Shown here piece by piece: positions 1 through 12,738 of a stretch of 64,000 nt of DNA. Positions within the stretch are counted from its first letter, which is position 1, and every line of letters starts with the position of its first letter. Under the pieces are notes generated by a model, which was not told the origin of the DNA, did no database searches, and saw nothing but the letters and a program-made list of their open reading frames with translations. Where the stretch lies: the NCBI GenBank assembly GCA_965649825.1, contig OZ287716.1, positions 143,778 through 207,777 of the forward strand. The letters run 5' to 3'. Source of the stretch: Penicillus capitatus. Taxonomy: Eukaryota; Plantae; Chlorophyta. The translations under genes and the position numbers were made by a program.

Positions 1-1115
1 CTCCGTCCTCTTGATGAAACAGAATCTCCGTACCAAATTGAAAAGAGACATCGAAAAGGCAGTAGAAGACAAAATCCTGGAGAAGCTCGTTGGGCCTCAA
101 GTGGACGGCGATCGAGAGAAAGAATCCTTTCGCAGATTGCTGCGAAATGGACACTGCGACGAGCAGGAAATTGAATTTGATCCCGGAACGACGTCCAACG
201 GGAAGGTTTCCTTGGATGGGCCGTACGGAACAGAATCCTTCCCCGGGATTTTTGTGAAGGTGGACAAAGTTCTTAACATGAACAACCGCAACGAAAAGAG
301 ATCCATGCGGGTATCGGAAGTGCGGCCGTTGCTGGAGGAACAGGAACTGGAACGCCTCCTTCCTCAAGAGACCATACAGAGAGAGGCCATCAAGTCTGTG
401 GAGCAAGATGGAATCGTCTTCATTGACGAGATCGATAAGATCGTGGTCAATCCAGCACACCATCATGGGGCCGATGCCAGTTCCGAAGGTGGGCCTCGGA
501 GGTAGGTTGAGCGAGGGAGATGATGTGACGTTTAGGTGTTCAGCGTGATCTACTGCCGATTATTGAGGGGTCTGTAGTGAGCACCAAGCTCGGGAATGTC
601 AACACAGATCACATCCTCTTCATTTGCAGCGGTGCTTTTCATCACGTCAAGCCATCGGACATGTTGGCCGAGCTTCAAGGCAGGCTACCCATTCGTGTCG
701 AGCTCAAAGGACTGACGAAGCATGACTTCTACCGGCAAGGATTCGTTCTTGAGAGTGCCTTAGACCAGGCGATCTCTGTAGGATTCTGACGGAGCCTGAA
801 AACAGTATGATTCGTCAACAAGAGGCGCTGCTGCAGACGGAGGGCGTGAAATTGACGTTTACGGAAACAGCGATTCGAGAAGTGGCACGTGTGGCTGAGG
901 AAGTAAACAGAACAGTCGACAACATAGGAGCCAGGCGTTTGTACACGGTTCTGGAGCGCATTCTGGAGGATATCAGTTTCAACGCTCCGGAGATCGCGAA
1001 GAAAGCGAGGGAGGAGGGGGAGAACCTCTATCGTGTGGTCATCGACAAAGAACAGGTGATCGAACGCGTAGGGGAACTCATGAAGAAAACGGACTTGACA
1101 AAGTACATTCTGTAA
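1..1115 (+). CDS. hslU: HslU (ClpY) ATPase subunit of HslUV protease, 5'-partial, spliced
   Basis: Motifs [62 protein letters not shown]. Exons join via a GT-AG intron at 489-535 and a GC-AG intron at 735-781. Confidence 0.95.
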
Positions 1116-1393
1116 TCGTACAAGGAGGACTCGCTCGCATATTTGCGTTACTATTGTCTGACCACGACTGCGACGAGGAAGGACTGTGTCACAGTTGGCA
1201 CTAAGGTGCAGAGAAGGTTTTATAGGGGGAGATGGTTATTGCTCGAATATTAGAAGGGGCATATAAAACTAGTGATGTGAAGTGCTTCTTATTCTTCCCA
1301 TATTCTATTGCGCGCAACTTAAGCATTAAGTCTAAACGGCGACAGTGCCTTCTCTACCATTCGTCGCTACTTTTCCTACTGCTAAAGCTTCAT

Positions 1394-2091
1394 CTAGTTT
1401 CCGATTTCAATCTTCTGCGTCGTTTCAGCAGATCTGAGTAGAACTGCATCAGGAGGCAGTCTGAAAGCAATCGAGGCCAGGAAGAAGAGAGCCACATGCT
1501 CCTCGGTATCCTACATGCCGAGTGGTTAGGAATAGAAGAATGGTATCTTCGCCGGGTAGGCAACTGAACACTTCTGCATTGAGTCGCGAACGATTCCGAA
1601 ACCGTGCAGTTTGGCTGACTGTTTCTCAGGCTGATGCCATTCTTTGGCTGTTGCTCTAGTATGCAGCAAGCAGTTGTTGCTTTTTTGGTCGACATGTGTG
1701 TCATCGGAGCGCGACTGCGGTCGACTCTTTCTGCCCTCTGGTGTCGAAAGCCAATGGAAAGGAAAAAGAATAGCACATTGTCAGTAGAGGCTTCTCGTCT
1801 TAGACCAAATGACGAACGAGTACATACAGTACTGAGACTCGCGCGTCTCAGAGGCGGTAGACTCTCTCGACTGAAACGATACGCGGATCTTGACGAGTTG
1901 CTAAACAGTTTGAATTCCTTGGCGTCGCTTATCTGAGAATCACTGCGGTCGTCTATCCTCCGAGACATGCGCATCGACCAGGAACAGGTTATCTTGCAAA
2001 CGTATCCGCTTCGAAGAAGAGCGGCTGACAAATTCAAAGCACAGCGACATACAAACTGTTTAGACACAGGACGGTAGACGTTGGCCACCAT
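1394..2091 (-). CDS. Hypothetical spliced protein; exon structure uncertain
   Basis: GTATGT donors and YAG acceptors on the minus strand. Candidate last exon DTEEHVALFFLASIAFRLPPDAVLLRSAETTQKIEIGN*. The 4-nt indel versus the duplicate at about 16.38 kb falls in a predicted intron. No family recognised. Confidence 0.35.
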
Positions 2092-2115
2092 CGCGCTTCC
2101 TCCGCGAGGTCTTGG

Positions 2116-3942
2116 ATGCCGTCAGCAACTGGATCCCTTCACATCGATCAGATCCGGATAGATCTAGGTTGCCAACGCAGAACGTTGTCCTCTTTCAGGA
2201 GATGGTCACTTTCGCGGGCAGCAGACGAGGTCGACACAAGCGAGTCCCCTCCGCTCCTGGTGGCATCCATCCGCGGACGGCCCGGCGACGGATGGATTCT
2301 CTGCGTCATCCGAGTCGCATCAGAGAGAATGAAAACGTCGAGGATGTCGCGGACGAGAGCTGTCTCGTTCTCCGGACAGAGACAGTCGCGCTGCCGACCC
2401 TGTCACGCCTCCTTATCGCGTCGATCAGTCAAGAGAATGGTAGAGATCCCCAGACGAGCAAGGACTTCTCCCATCAGAGTGGCGAACTCGCAGAATCTGG
2501 ACGTCGATGAGCCAGTCGATGAAGCAGACATCGTCTACTACGAAGACTGGGAGGAAGACATCGAATACGAAGAAGTGCGAGACATCGATCTCTCGGAACC
2601 CCGTCCGGGTCTTCTTCAGCAGACCCTATGGCGTTCCTTCCTTCTGGGAGGAATCGGTCTGCACAGTGGAGAGATGTCCTATGTCCGCGTGCGTCCTGCA
2701 TTTGCAGGAGACGGCCGCTACTTTGTTCGCATGCGTCCGGGCACTCTGAGAGACATTGCTCCTCCGTGCTACACCGAGGAGGAAATCGATCTCTTTGCTG
2801 AAGAGAGTTTAGAAGAACAAATTAACCAAAACTTGGAAGAGAAAAGTGAGGAGGAAGAGATTCGACAAACAGAGCTCTTCTCCAAGTATCTGGACTACAA
2901 AGAAACGGAAGGCTACCTTGGAAACTTCAGTAATTTTGTGGAAGACTACTTCAACATAAGAGGCGAGGAACTGGACGAAGAAGAACGCCTTCGAAAACGA
3001 GAGGATCCTCTACCCAAGACCAGATATGATGTCATCATCCAGGCATCGCTGTCCAATCTCGCAAACGAAGACGCTCCCTACGAAACGACACTTGAGAATG
3101 ATCGAGGCGATCGCGTCGAATCTGTCGAGCATATCTTGGCTGCATTGGAAGCTTGTGGTGTCGATAATGCAAGAATCGAGATCGAAGGACCGGAAGTCCC
3201 CGTCGTCGATGGCTCTTCACTGGGATGGACCATCGAAATTGAGCGAGCCGGGTTGACCATTGCCGAACGTCAGAAGAAGAAAAGCGAATTCTACATTCGC
3301 GCAGCTTTAAAGCCAGACGATATCGTAAAGGTTCAGGAAGGAGATGCTTTCGTTATGTTGTTGCCATCGGACAAGATGCAGATCAGCTACGGCATCGATC
3401 ACACAGAGGAGTGCCTCATCATTGGCCGCCAGTGGTTTTCGTGGTGTCTCCAGGACGACCAGCACTTTAAACTACATCTTGCGGCGGCGAAGACATACGT
3501 CACCCATGTGAATCGTCTGCACGAAATGCGTTCTGAAGGATACGTGAAGGCAGGATCCGAAGGCGTCGTGATCATCGGCGACGGAGCGGATTGGTATAAC
3601 GAAGAGCTCCTGTCCTATACTCTTGACGAACCTGTCCGACACAAGATTCTGGATCTGATTGGAGATCTCTCCCTGTTACAGGAGGATGGCATGGGTGGAC
3701 TGCCATTTGGACACATCGTTGCTTACAAAGCCACCCATGCTATGCATCACGCCTTTGCTAAGAAACTCATGGAGCAGTATCGTCAGCACTATGTTCAGTT
3801 TGCGCCATTTGACGAAAAAGTGGAGAAGGAACCGTGTGATGAATCAGAATACGATGACGATGATTTCGATGAGTTCGAAGACGATGAGGAGGAACAGGAG
3901 GCGGATTTCAATGACTTGCCCTCCACTGATAAAGAAGAGTGA
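2116..3942 (+). CDS. lpxC: UDP-3-O-acyl-N-acetylglucosamine deacetylase LpxC with N-terminal extension and acidic insertion
   Basis: GIGLHSG, VRVRPAFAGDGRYF, SVEHILAALEACGVDNARIEIEGPEVPVVDGSS, RHKILDLIGDLSLL, YKATHAMH. True start codon uncertain. Confidence 0.95.
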   Translation: MPSATGSLHIDQIRIDLGCQRRTLSSFRRWSLSRAADEVDTSESPPLLVASIRGRPGDGWILCVIRVASERMKTSRMSRTRAVSFSGQRQSRCRPCHASLSRRSVKRMVEIPRRARTSPIRVANSQNLDVDEPVDEADIVYYEDWEEDIEYEEVRDIDLSEPRPGLLQQTLWRSFLLGGIGLHSGEMSYVRVRPAFAGDGRYFVRMRPGTLRDIAPPCYTEEEIDLFAEESLEEQINQNLEEKSEEEEIRQTELFSKYLDYKETEGYLGNFSNFVEDYFNIRGEELDEEERLRKREDPLPKTRYDVIIQASLSNLANEDAPYETTLENDRGDRVESVEHILAALEACGVDNARIEIEGPEVPVVDGSSLGWTIEIERAGLTIAERQKKKSEFYIRAALKPDDIVKVQEGDAFVMLLPSDKMQISYGIDHTEECLIIGRQWFSWCLQDDQHFKLHLAAAKTYVTHVNRLHEMRSEGYVKAGSEGVVIIGDGADWYNEELLSYTLDEPVRHKILDLIGDLSLLQEDGMGGLPFGHIVAYKATHAMHHAFAKKLMEQYRQHYVQFAPFDEKVEKEPCDESEYDDDDFDEFEDDEEEQEADFNDLPSTDKEE

Positions 3943-4333
3943 GAATTGTAAGATGATGCCTTCATGCAGCGCATCCAATCATTCCATCTCGCCTTCGCCG
4001 CGGAAACTTCGTTCTCTGCCTCTGTTATGTTCTCCCATCTCCACTTCTGCGTCTAAATAACAGGATGGTTCCGTAAGAGGAGGTCTGATGGGGTGTGACT
4101 CCTAAAGGTCCCGGTTGAAGGATCTCGACGACTTGCTGCAGTTCCTTCTCTGTTTGACGTGCGATTGTTTTCGCACGTACCAACACTTGCCCTGCGACCA
4201 AATGGATGGATCTAGGCGCTCGTCGTAGAACGTTTCCTTACTTGGTGATGGTAGGAGTTGTCGGATCATTGTAGGGCAAACAGAAGAAAAGTCACGTCAT
4301 TTCATAGCCTTCGACGCTGGCCGAGAAACAGAA

Positions 4334-5461
4334 ATGTGGAATAGAATTTGGAAGTCACATTCGAAAGCAAATTCGAATTCTTCAGATGAAGAACCTGTTT
4401 TTCGAAGAAGAACGAACCAACCGACGCCTCTCGAGATAAGAATCTCAGAAGAATTAAAAAATGAAGGCAATGACCTTTTCAAAAAGGCAAAGTACATTGC
4501 AGCCGCTGAGGTCGGCTTTCCCTTTTTGCCACAACTTCTCACACATCTCACTCTTTTTCAGAAGTACACAGAAGCTATCGCTATTCGGCCGCATTGGGCA
4601 GGTGGTCTCAGTCTTGTGTGTTGAGATGATGCGTGAATTGTGTGTGAATCTTTGACAGTTGCGTTGGTTAATCGAGCAAACTGTTACAAGAGGGTAGGGA
4701 ATTGGAAGCGGGTAGAGAGTGACTGTCGCGAAGCCATCGCAGCTGACTCCCGTTCCATGAAAGTGCGCTACACGTGAGCAACTCTGTTGAGAGATTCCAC
4801 AAAGGGGCGTTTCGTTAGGCGCATTATTTTTTGGGACTGGCCCTCGAAGAACAGCAAGACCACAGCGCTGCACTCGTGCACCTTGAAAAGGCACGTTCCT
4901 ATCGTCCCCTATTGCCAGATCGTGAGACCTGCCCATCTACAGTCTTATGATTTGGCTCGTGACAAAGAAGATCAAATAATGGACGAGATATGGAGGACAA
5001 TTGCACGTGTGAGCTATCGTCAGTGGGAGAGAGCCGCTCATTTGCGGCATGAACAGGATGCACTGCTGAAGTGCCGATTGATGGCGCTGCTGCACGACGC
5101 GCATCGACAAGATCAGTTGGATCATCCAGAGGATCCGCATCTCAAACAAAGACAGGAACGCGAAGTCGAGACGCTCGAGAGTCTCTTCTCGCGAGCAGCA
5201 GCAGCAGATCGGCCGCAGGAGCTTCCAAGCTGTTTAACCTGTGTCCTGACAATGGACGTCTTCCGAGATCCCGTGGTTGCTCCCTCGGGTTTCTCCTATG
5301 AGAATTCCGTTTTAAAGGAACATCTCGAAAGAGTCGGATCGTTTGATCCGGTAACACGCCAACCGATTGACAAAGCAGAGTTGGTGAAGAATCTAAATCT
5401 GCGTTCTGCTGCCCAGCTGTATCTTAAGGAACACCCATGGGCTTGGAAAGAGAGTCTGTAA
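4334..5461 (+). CDS. STUB1: TPR + U-box E3 ubiquitin ligase (CHIP/STUB1-like), spliced
   Basis: N-terminal TPR (LKNEGNDLFKKAKYIAAAE-KYTEAI). C-terminal U-box (CLTCVLTMDVFRDPVVAPSGFSYE...HLERVGSFDPVTRQP...NLNLR). Confidence 0.85.
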
Positions 5462-5480
5462 TCATCGCCTCTTCTGATCG

Positions 5481-5867
5481 CTAACCCCCTCGACGTTTTT
5501 TCGGATGCTGCTCTCCATCGACGTTGTATTTCCGCTGCATCTTCGAAATCTCTTCCTCTTTGCCAGCAGTCCCGAGTTTCTTCGTCTGTCTGGCAGGATT
5601 GAAGTAGAGGACAATGAGGTAACGATTCTGGACGTTGAAGCCCGAAAGGTGGTCACATGCGTTTTTGGCATCGTAGATGTCTTCATACACCACATACGCC
5701 GTCCCCCGTGTCTCTTTCGTCGTTCCCAGTCTTATCTGCCGAATGGGCCCATACTTGCCAAAGATGTCGTACAGGTCTTCGGTCGAGATACTAAACGGAA
5801 GATTGCGCACATAGAGAGCCCTGTTCACTTCAGGCGGCAATCGAGCTGTCCGAGTCTTGACGGCCAT
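5481..5867 (-). CDS. SF3B6: U2 snRNP splicing factor SF3B subunit 6 (p14), RRM
   Basis: [17 protein letters not shown]...[15 protein letters not shown]...[35 protein letters not shown]. Confidence 0.96.
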   Translation of the reverse strand: MAVKTRTARLPPEVNRALYVRNLPFSISTEDLYDIFGKYGPIRQIRLGTTKETRGTAYVVYEDIYDAKNACDHLSGFNVQNRYLIVLYFNPARQTKKLGTAGKEEEISKMQRKYNVDGEQHPKKRRGG

Positions 5868-5958
5868 GCGTCCGCGCGACGACGACGACGACGACGATCG
5901 CAGGTGGGATGACGATGAATGGATTAACAGCTATGAATGGACCATTAATAGTTGTGCC

Positions 5959-7176
5959 CTACTCGACCTTGACCGGAATACGAAAAGACACACAGAGACT
6001 GAGATAGACCGTGCAGAGTTGCAGACAGGCTGACAGCAAACACAACCATCCAAGATACCTCATACCTTTTCGCTCCTTCACACAGTGCTCCGGCATGTAA
6101 TGCAAGGCATGAGCTGTCATATCTTTGTCAATGTTTTTCTGTGCGTTCAGCACGTGCTCCGTAAATTCTTGCGCGTATCGATCTCGGCGTTCTCTCGAGT
6201 CTTTGCTCATGGAATCGGTATCGAGACTTAACTGCTCCAGACCTTCTCTGGCTTGCGATACCTTGTCGATAATGCCTTTCGTGCCTTCCATCTGATGGGA
6301 CAGCGCATTCAATTCATCGAGATCCATCTTCTCATATTTTCCCGGAATTGTCGGCATCTGTATCACGCTGATGAGCGCAGTGAGCATGTGTTCGTACTCG
6401 TCGGAGGAAAAGGCATGCTCCTTGTCGTTCTCATCATGCTTTGCAATGCGATCGAGAATGTGTTCTGCTGTGGCCAGCTTCGATTGCAGGCGGATTCGGT
6501 CATCGTTGTTCCATCTCTGAACGGCCTCTGTTGATGTCTCAGGATTCTTCTTGATCTCATTCACAATTTCCAATGCGTGCTGGCGAATGACATTGAGCTT
6601 TCTCTTGATGTAGTTGCGCTCGTGAACAACGTTGTCGCCCGAAGGATTGTCCTTTAAGTACTGGACGGTTTGATCCATCCCAAAATGCACAATCTCGATC
6701 GCATCTTCGAGTTCGTTCAGTCGATCGTGGACGGAAGAGAAGGTATCATGGTGAGCCAGATTCTGCGTCAGTTCCTCCAGAAAGTTGGTTTTGAGAAAGA
6801 GCTCAGAAAAGGCGCAGTCCACAGAGACCTCTCGCCAGACTTGCCCAGAGAACTGTGTGCATAAGAGGATGCCAAGAATGGCCCCGACGACATGAAAATT
6901 AACGAGGTCTCTGTTCTTCTTTGTGCTTCCTGCGATGCCAATGGCGCCAGCCCCACACAAAACGACTCCGATGACGAGACCCGTTATCAGGAGAGTATCG
7001 AAGAGGAACAAGAAAGCGAGCAATGCGATCAACACACCGGCCAGCATCTGCCCCGCACAGAAACCAACACACCCCTGAAAGAAAACGCCGGTTTTGTTGT
7101 GGCTGGAGGGCTTGAGTGTTCCATAGTTCTCGGTGTAAGAAGACCCGCCGTAACCAGTATAGTCTAAACCAGACAT
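5959..7176 (-). CDS. Hypothetical membrane protein (3 N-terminal TM, large helical loop, 1 C-terminal TM)
   Basis: 405-aa uninterrupted ORF with hydrophobic stretches at about aa 33-110 and 372-400. Confidence 0.7.
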   Translation of the reverse strand: MSGLDYTGYGGSSYTENYGTLKPSSHNKTGVFFQGCVGFCAGQMLAGVLIALLAFLFLFDTLLITGLVIGVVLCGAGAIGIAGSTKKNRDLVNFHVVGAILGILLCTQFSGQVWREVSVDCAFSELFLKTNFLEELTQNLAHHDTFSSVHDRLNELEDAIEIVHFGMDQTVQYLKDNPSGDNVVHERNYIKRKLNVIRQHALEIVNEIKKNPETSTEAVQRWNNDDRIRLQSKLATAEHILDRIAKHDENDKEHAFSSDEYEHMLTALISVIQMPTIPGKYEKMDLDELNALSHQMEGTKGIIDKVSQAREGLEQLSLDTDSMSKDSRERRDRYAQEFTEHVLNAQKNIDKDMTAHALHYMPEHCVKERKGMRYLGWLCLLSACLQLCTVYLSLCVSFRIPVKVE

Positions 7177-7555
7177 CTTCTTAGTCGTCGAATGCAGAAC
7201 TGTCTTCTAAAAGAGAGACGGATTTTAGAATGTGGCGGGTGACATTGAACGATACCGAGGAAGTCGATGCGCTGTCCGACGGCTGCTGTGGTCGTCGACG
7301 GTTGGACAACTCTTCAGTCCAATCGTCTATCCTTTCCAAGCAGATGCCATTGGAGAACGAAGACGAGGTTGATTTCAAGCAATAGTTCTGTTTGGCAAAG
7401 ATATAGACATCAGTCAGTGCAAACACATCTCATCGGGAAAAGGCTCCGCCGTAGAGGGACAAAAGAGACGTATTGATTCAAAGCGTTCGATGGGAGAGAC
7501 CATCCGGCTAAGAGGGATAGATGTCGGCATCTCTCTTTGAATGGGCGATCGCCAT

Positions 7556-9533
<1,978 letters not shown>

Positions 9534-10207
9534 CGTTTTCCGGTTCGTCCAGAGAAGAATGCAAAATGCAAATGAAAGAGATACCGAGATGCCTATGATT
9601 CGATCGATCATGACATCGGAAATCGGCGATCGCATCATGGCGTCAGCAGAAGCATGTCTCGACGCCTGTTCTGTCGTCGACTGTCCTCGCATACATCGAG
9701 ATCTGGAAGACCTCTTAGACAAAGACGCCCTGCTGACACGCTCGAAACAGGCAAAAAGAAAAACGGACAGAAAATCGTCTAAGGCAAAATGTGCATCAGG
9801 CTTTGGAAGAAGCACTGAGAGATAAGGAAGCATCGAAAGAGATCATGAACGAGGCAAAATCGCTGTAAGCATCATCCCTCTACGATTCATCCCTCAGAAA
9901 CCTTGGATATGTGGATGTGTGGGCGGGGAATGATTAGGCGAGAGAAATGGCTGGAAAGCAGAGAACTGTTGAGGCAGTGTCATGAGACACTGCAGAGCTG
10001 TCTAGAGGCTCCTATTCTAAAACGAGATACATAGCCCTTTCCCGCTTCTGCCTTAGAGGCCTGTGCCCGAGATGATGCTTGAACACAGAGCTTACAGAGA
10101 TCAACTAATCATCTAAGACAGTGATGACTGTCGGTGGGTTTCGTCTTTTGGCAGGTGCAACTGCCATTGCTTCTATGATTCTGACGACATTGGACCTCGG
10201 ATCTCGG

Positions 10208-11416
10208 TTACTGTTGTGTCGATTGACCATTTAACCCTAAGAACTGCTTTGTCCATTCAAACACCAACCAACTCAACCCGGCAGCAGGAGCCAACTTTAC
10301 AAAGTTTGGCAGAAGACCCTTATAGAATCCTCGATATCCTTCTCTCCGAAGAATTTGCCAGGCACAGTCCAGCATATTATTATATTGTCGAGGTGCACCA
10401 TCCACTCCCTGAGCCTGGAAAAGCAGAGACAAGCGAAACGTGTGCTATGATGTGACAGGTGGCGTCACCTGCAGTCGTGTCTTAATGAGTGAGCAGGGAT
10501 AAGAGATGAATTGTGCAAAGGTCGCAGAGCAGGTACCTGCCGCTACAATCAGCGAAGCTGGTGGCGCATTATTGTGATGACGATTGAGTTGCTCGAAGAG
10601 TATTTCGAAACAAGCAATTTCCACGCCTGCATATGGAAAAATCCCGACCTGTCGAAAACAGACTCCATCACTCCCATAGGCAAATCATCATTCCATACCA
10701 TATTTGGCACTAGTCCCCTGTAGAAAGATATAATTCCTTCGCGCTGATAGATTCTGCTGATGGCGCTGATCAGACCCGTGTACGTACCGTGCGTCGCAGT
10801 CGCCAGTCGAGTTTTTACCACTTCCATGGGATAGATGGTTAACTACAGACAGGGGAGATCTATTGTCTGTTGTTGTCTCAGAAGAGAGCTCTTGATACAA
10901 TGGACGCACCTGAGCTGCACCTCCAGCAAGACCTCCACAAATAAACCGTTCGACAGGCAGAATCTCGTCTGGATCCTGTGCGACATATGCCTTCAAGACA
11001 TCGGTCATAGCAAGCTTAATGGCCGTTTCTGGAGCAATCTTCACAACGTTGGCTCCATTTCCTTTGAAGCACGCCTTGAAAGAACCTAATCGCCACTCGA
11101 TCGAGATCTATCTCGATACATTGTGTGCTGATGCGCACCTTCTGAGTAGATTTTGCGAATGCCCCATCCTATACCTTTGGGTTTGGTTCCATTATCGACT
11201 TGTAGTAGCATTTTTAACCGATCTATGGGCGCAGTTGTTGTGCGGCTGACAGCTCCAGCCAATCCTGTTTCACACCATGTCACGATAACGATCTCCGTAA
11301 CGGGGAAGTCTAAGACCTCCAGCTGTCAGTAATCGCACGAATCTCTGTCCATTATTATCATTCTGAAGAGAGCATTCCTGAGCCTCCTCTTGTTTTAATT
11401 GCACTGTCGTCGTCAT
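10208..11416 (-). CDS. Mitochondrial carrier (SLC25, ATP-Mg/Pi-carrier-like, no EF-hands seen), spliced
   Basis: Three carrier repeats: GGLAGAVSRTTTAPIDRLKMLLQ, YPMEVVKTRL, YKGLLPNFVKLAPAAGLSW. Confidence 0.9.
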
Positions 11417-11676
11417 TCACCATTCAATATGAGTCCACTGTGTTAACGGAGAGCTTCTCGAAAGAGCGTCTCTCTCAGGCAAGGCAACAAATTTTTGAAG
11501 CAATTCTCGACAAGTGGATAAATCGCGTGAGACGGAGAAATCGACAGGGTTCTGGCGAGATAAAGGGTGCAGAGTACCCCGAAGAAAGAACAAATCGACG
11601 GCGAACGATGGGCGTCGCGTGCAGTGAGGCGACGCGAAGATGAGATGATCACATTAAGGCAAAGCGCATCGCAGCT

Positions 11677-12315
11677 ATGTCTCATACAACACGACGAAGT
11701 CTATCGCTGTTGGAGACCTTCCGCCGACAGAGTCTCTCTCCTTGGCGCGCCACAAGCATCTTCGCAGGACACGGATGGCGAAACGCCTCGGCTGTGGCAG
11801 AGAGAGAATGCTCCGAAGAGAAAGAAACTCTCAAACTGGCACCCACAGCTGTCACGGTGTTCTGCATCACCACCGGCTGGCTTTGTGTGAGAACGATCGT
11901 CATCGTAGAAGCTTCTGGAACTGCAAAAAGAGAATCCGGACAGCCTGTTGAGAGTCACTGTGGAGGGTGGAGGATGTTCTGGATTTCAGTATCGTTTCTC
12001 GTTAGATGAAAAGCGACAGACAGATGATCTGTGAGATGGACTTTGTTGACCCGTATTATCGAAGATAAATCCATTGCGTTGTTTAGGATGTTTAAAGAGG
12101 GAGAGGCAAAACTGTTGTGTGACAAAGTCTCCTTTCGATTCCTAAAAGGATCGACAGTGGAGTTTGCCGAATCGCTGATGAAATCGGCATTTCAAGTAAT
12201 GTCTACTGTTTAGCGGATGGACGAATGCGATGCGGTGCATTGTGTGTAGATTACAGACAATCCGAATTCCGAGACATCATGTGGTTGTGGTACATCGTTC
12301 TCGACCAAACGGTAA
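11677..12315 (+). CDS. ISA2: Fe-S cluster assembly A-type carrier (IscA/ISA2-like) with targeting peptide, spliced
   Basis: [48 protein letters not shown]. Stop TAA at 12313-12315. Confidence 0.9.
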
Positions 12316-12738
12316 TGAACATGTGTCGATGATCATCACATGTCCCTCCCTTGCTTGTAACAACACTCGAACCAGCATTGCGACCAATACTTCGTCGTGG
12401 TGACGACATCGGCGATCTGTGTGCGAAGTTCGTTATTGTTGGTGATGTGACATGTATCGACAGGCGTGGACAATTTGCTCACTCCACGTCATAGAAAAGA
12501 TGGAGAAGCATTTCTGCATGAGGTACATACACACGTTGGTGACATGAAGTCTGATTCACGTGTACACCGACAGACACGTCGAGGAGAGGACATCAAGGCG
12601 CTACTGAGATGGTCCAGAATGGCAGCAATGATTTCCAACTGCTGTCACATCTGGTCTTCGCCATAATGATTGCCATGCATTTGCAATCAGCGTTCTCCGC
12701 CATCTTACGCGGTTTCTTTCGGTCCTCAATATTTTTCA

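Noticed and set aside
5876-5897. (GAC)n microsatellite upstream of SF3B6
   Set aside because: Short simple repeat with no supporting context.
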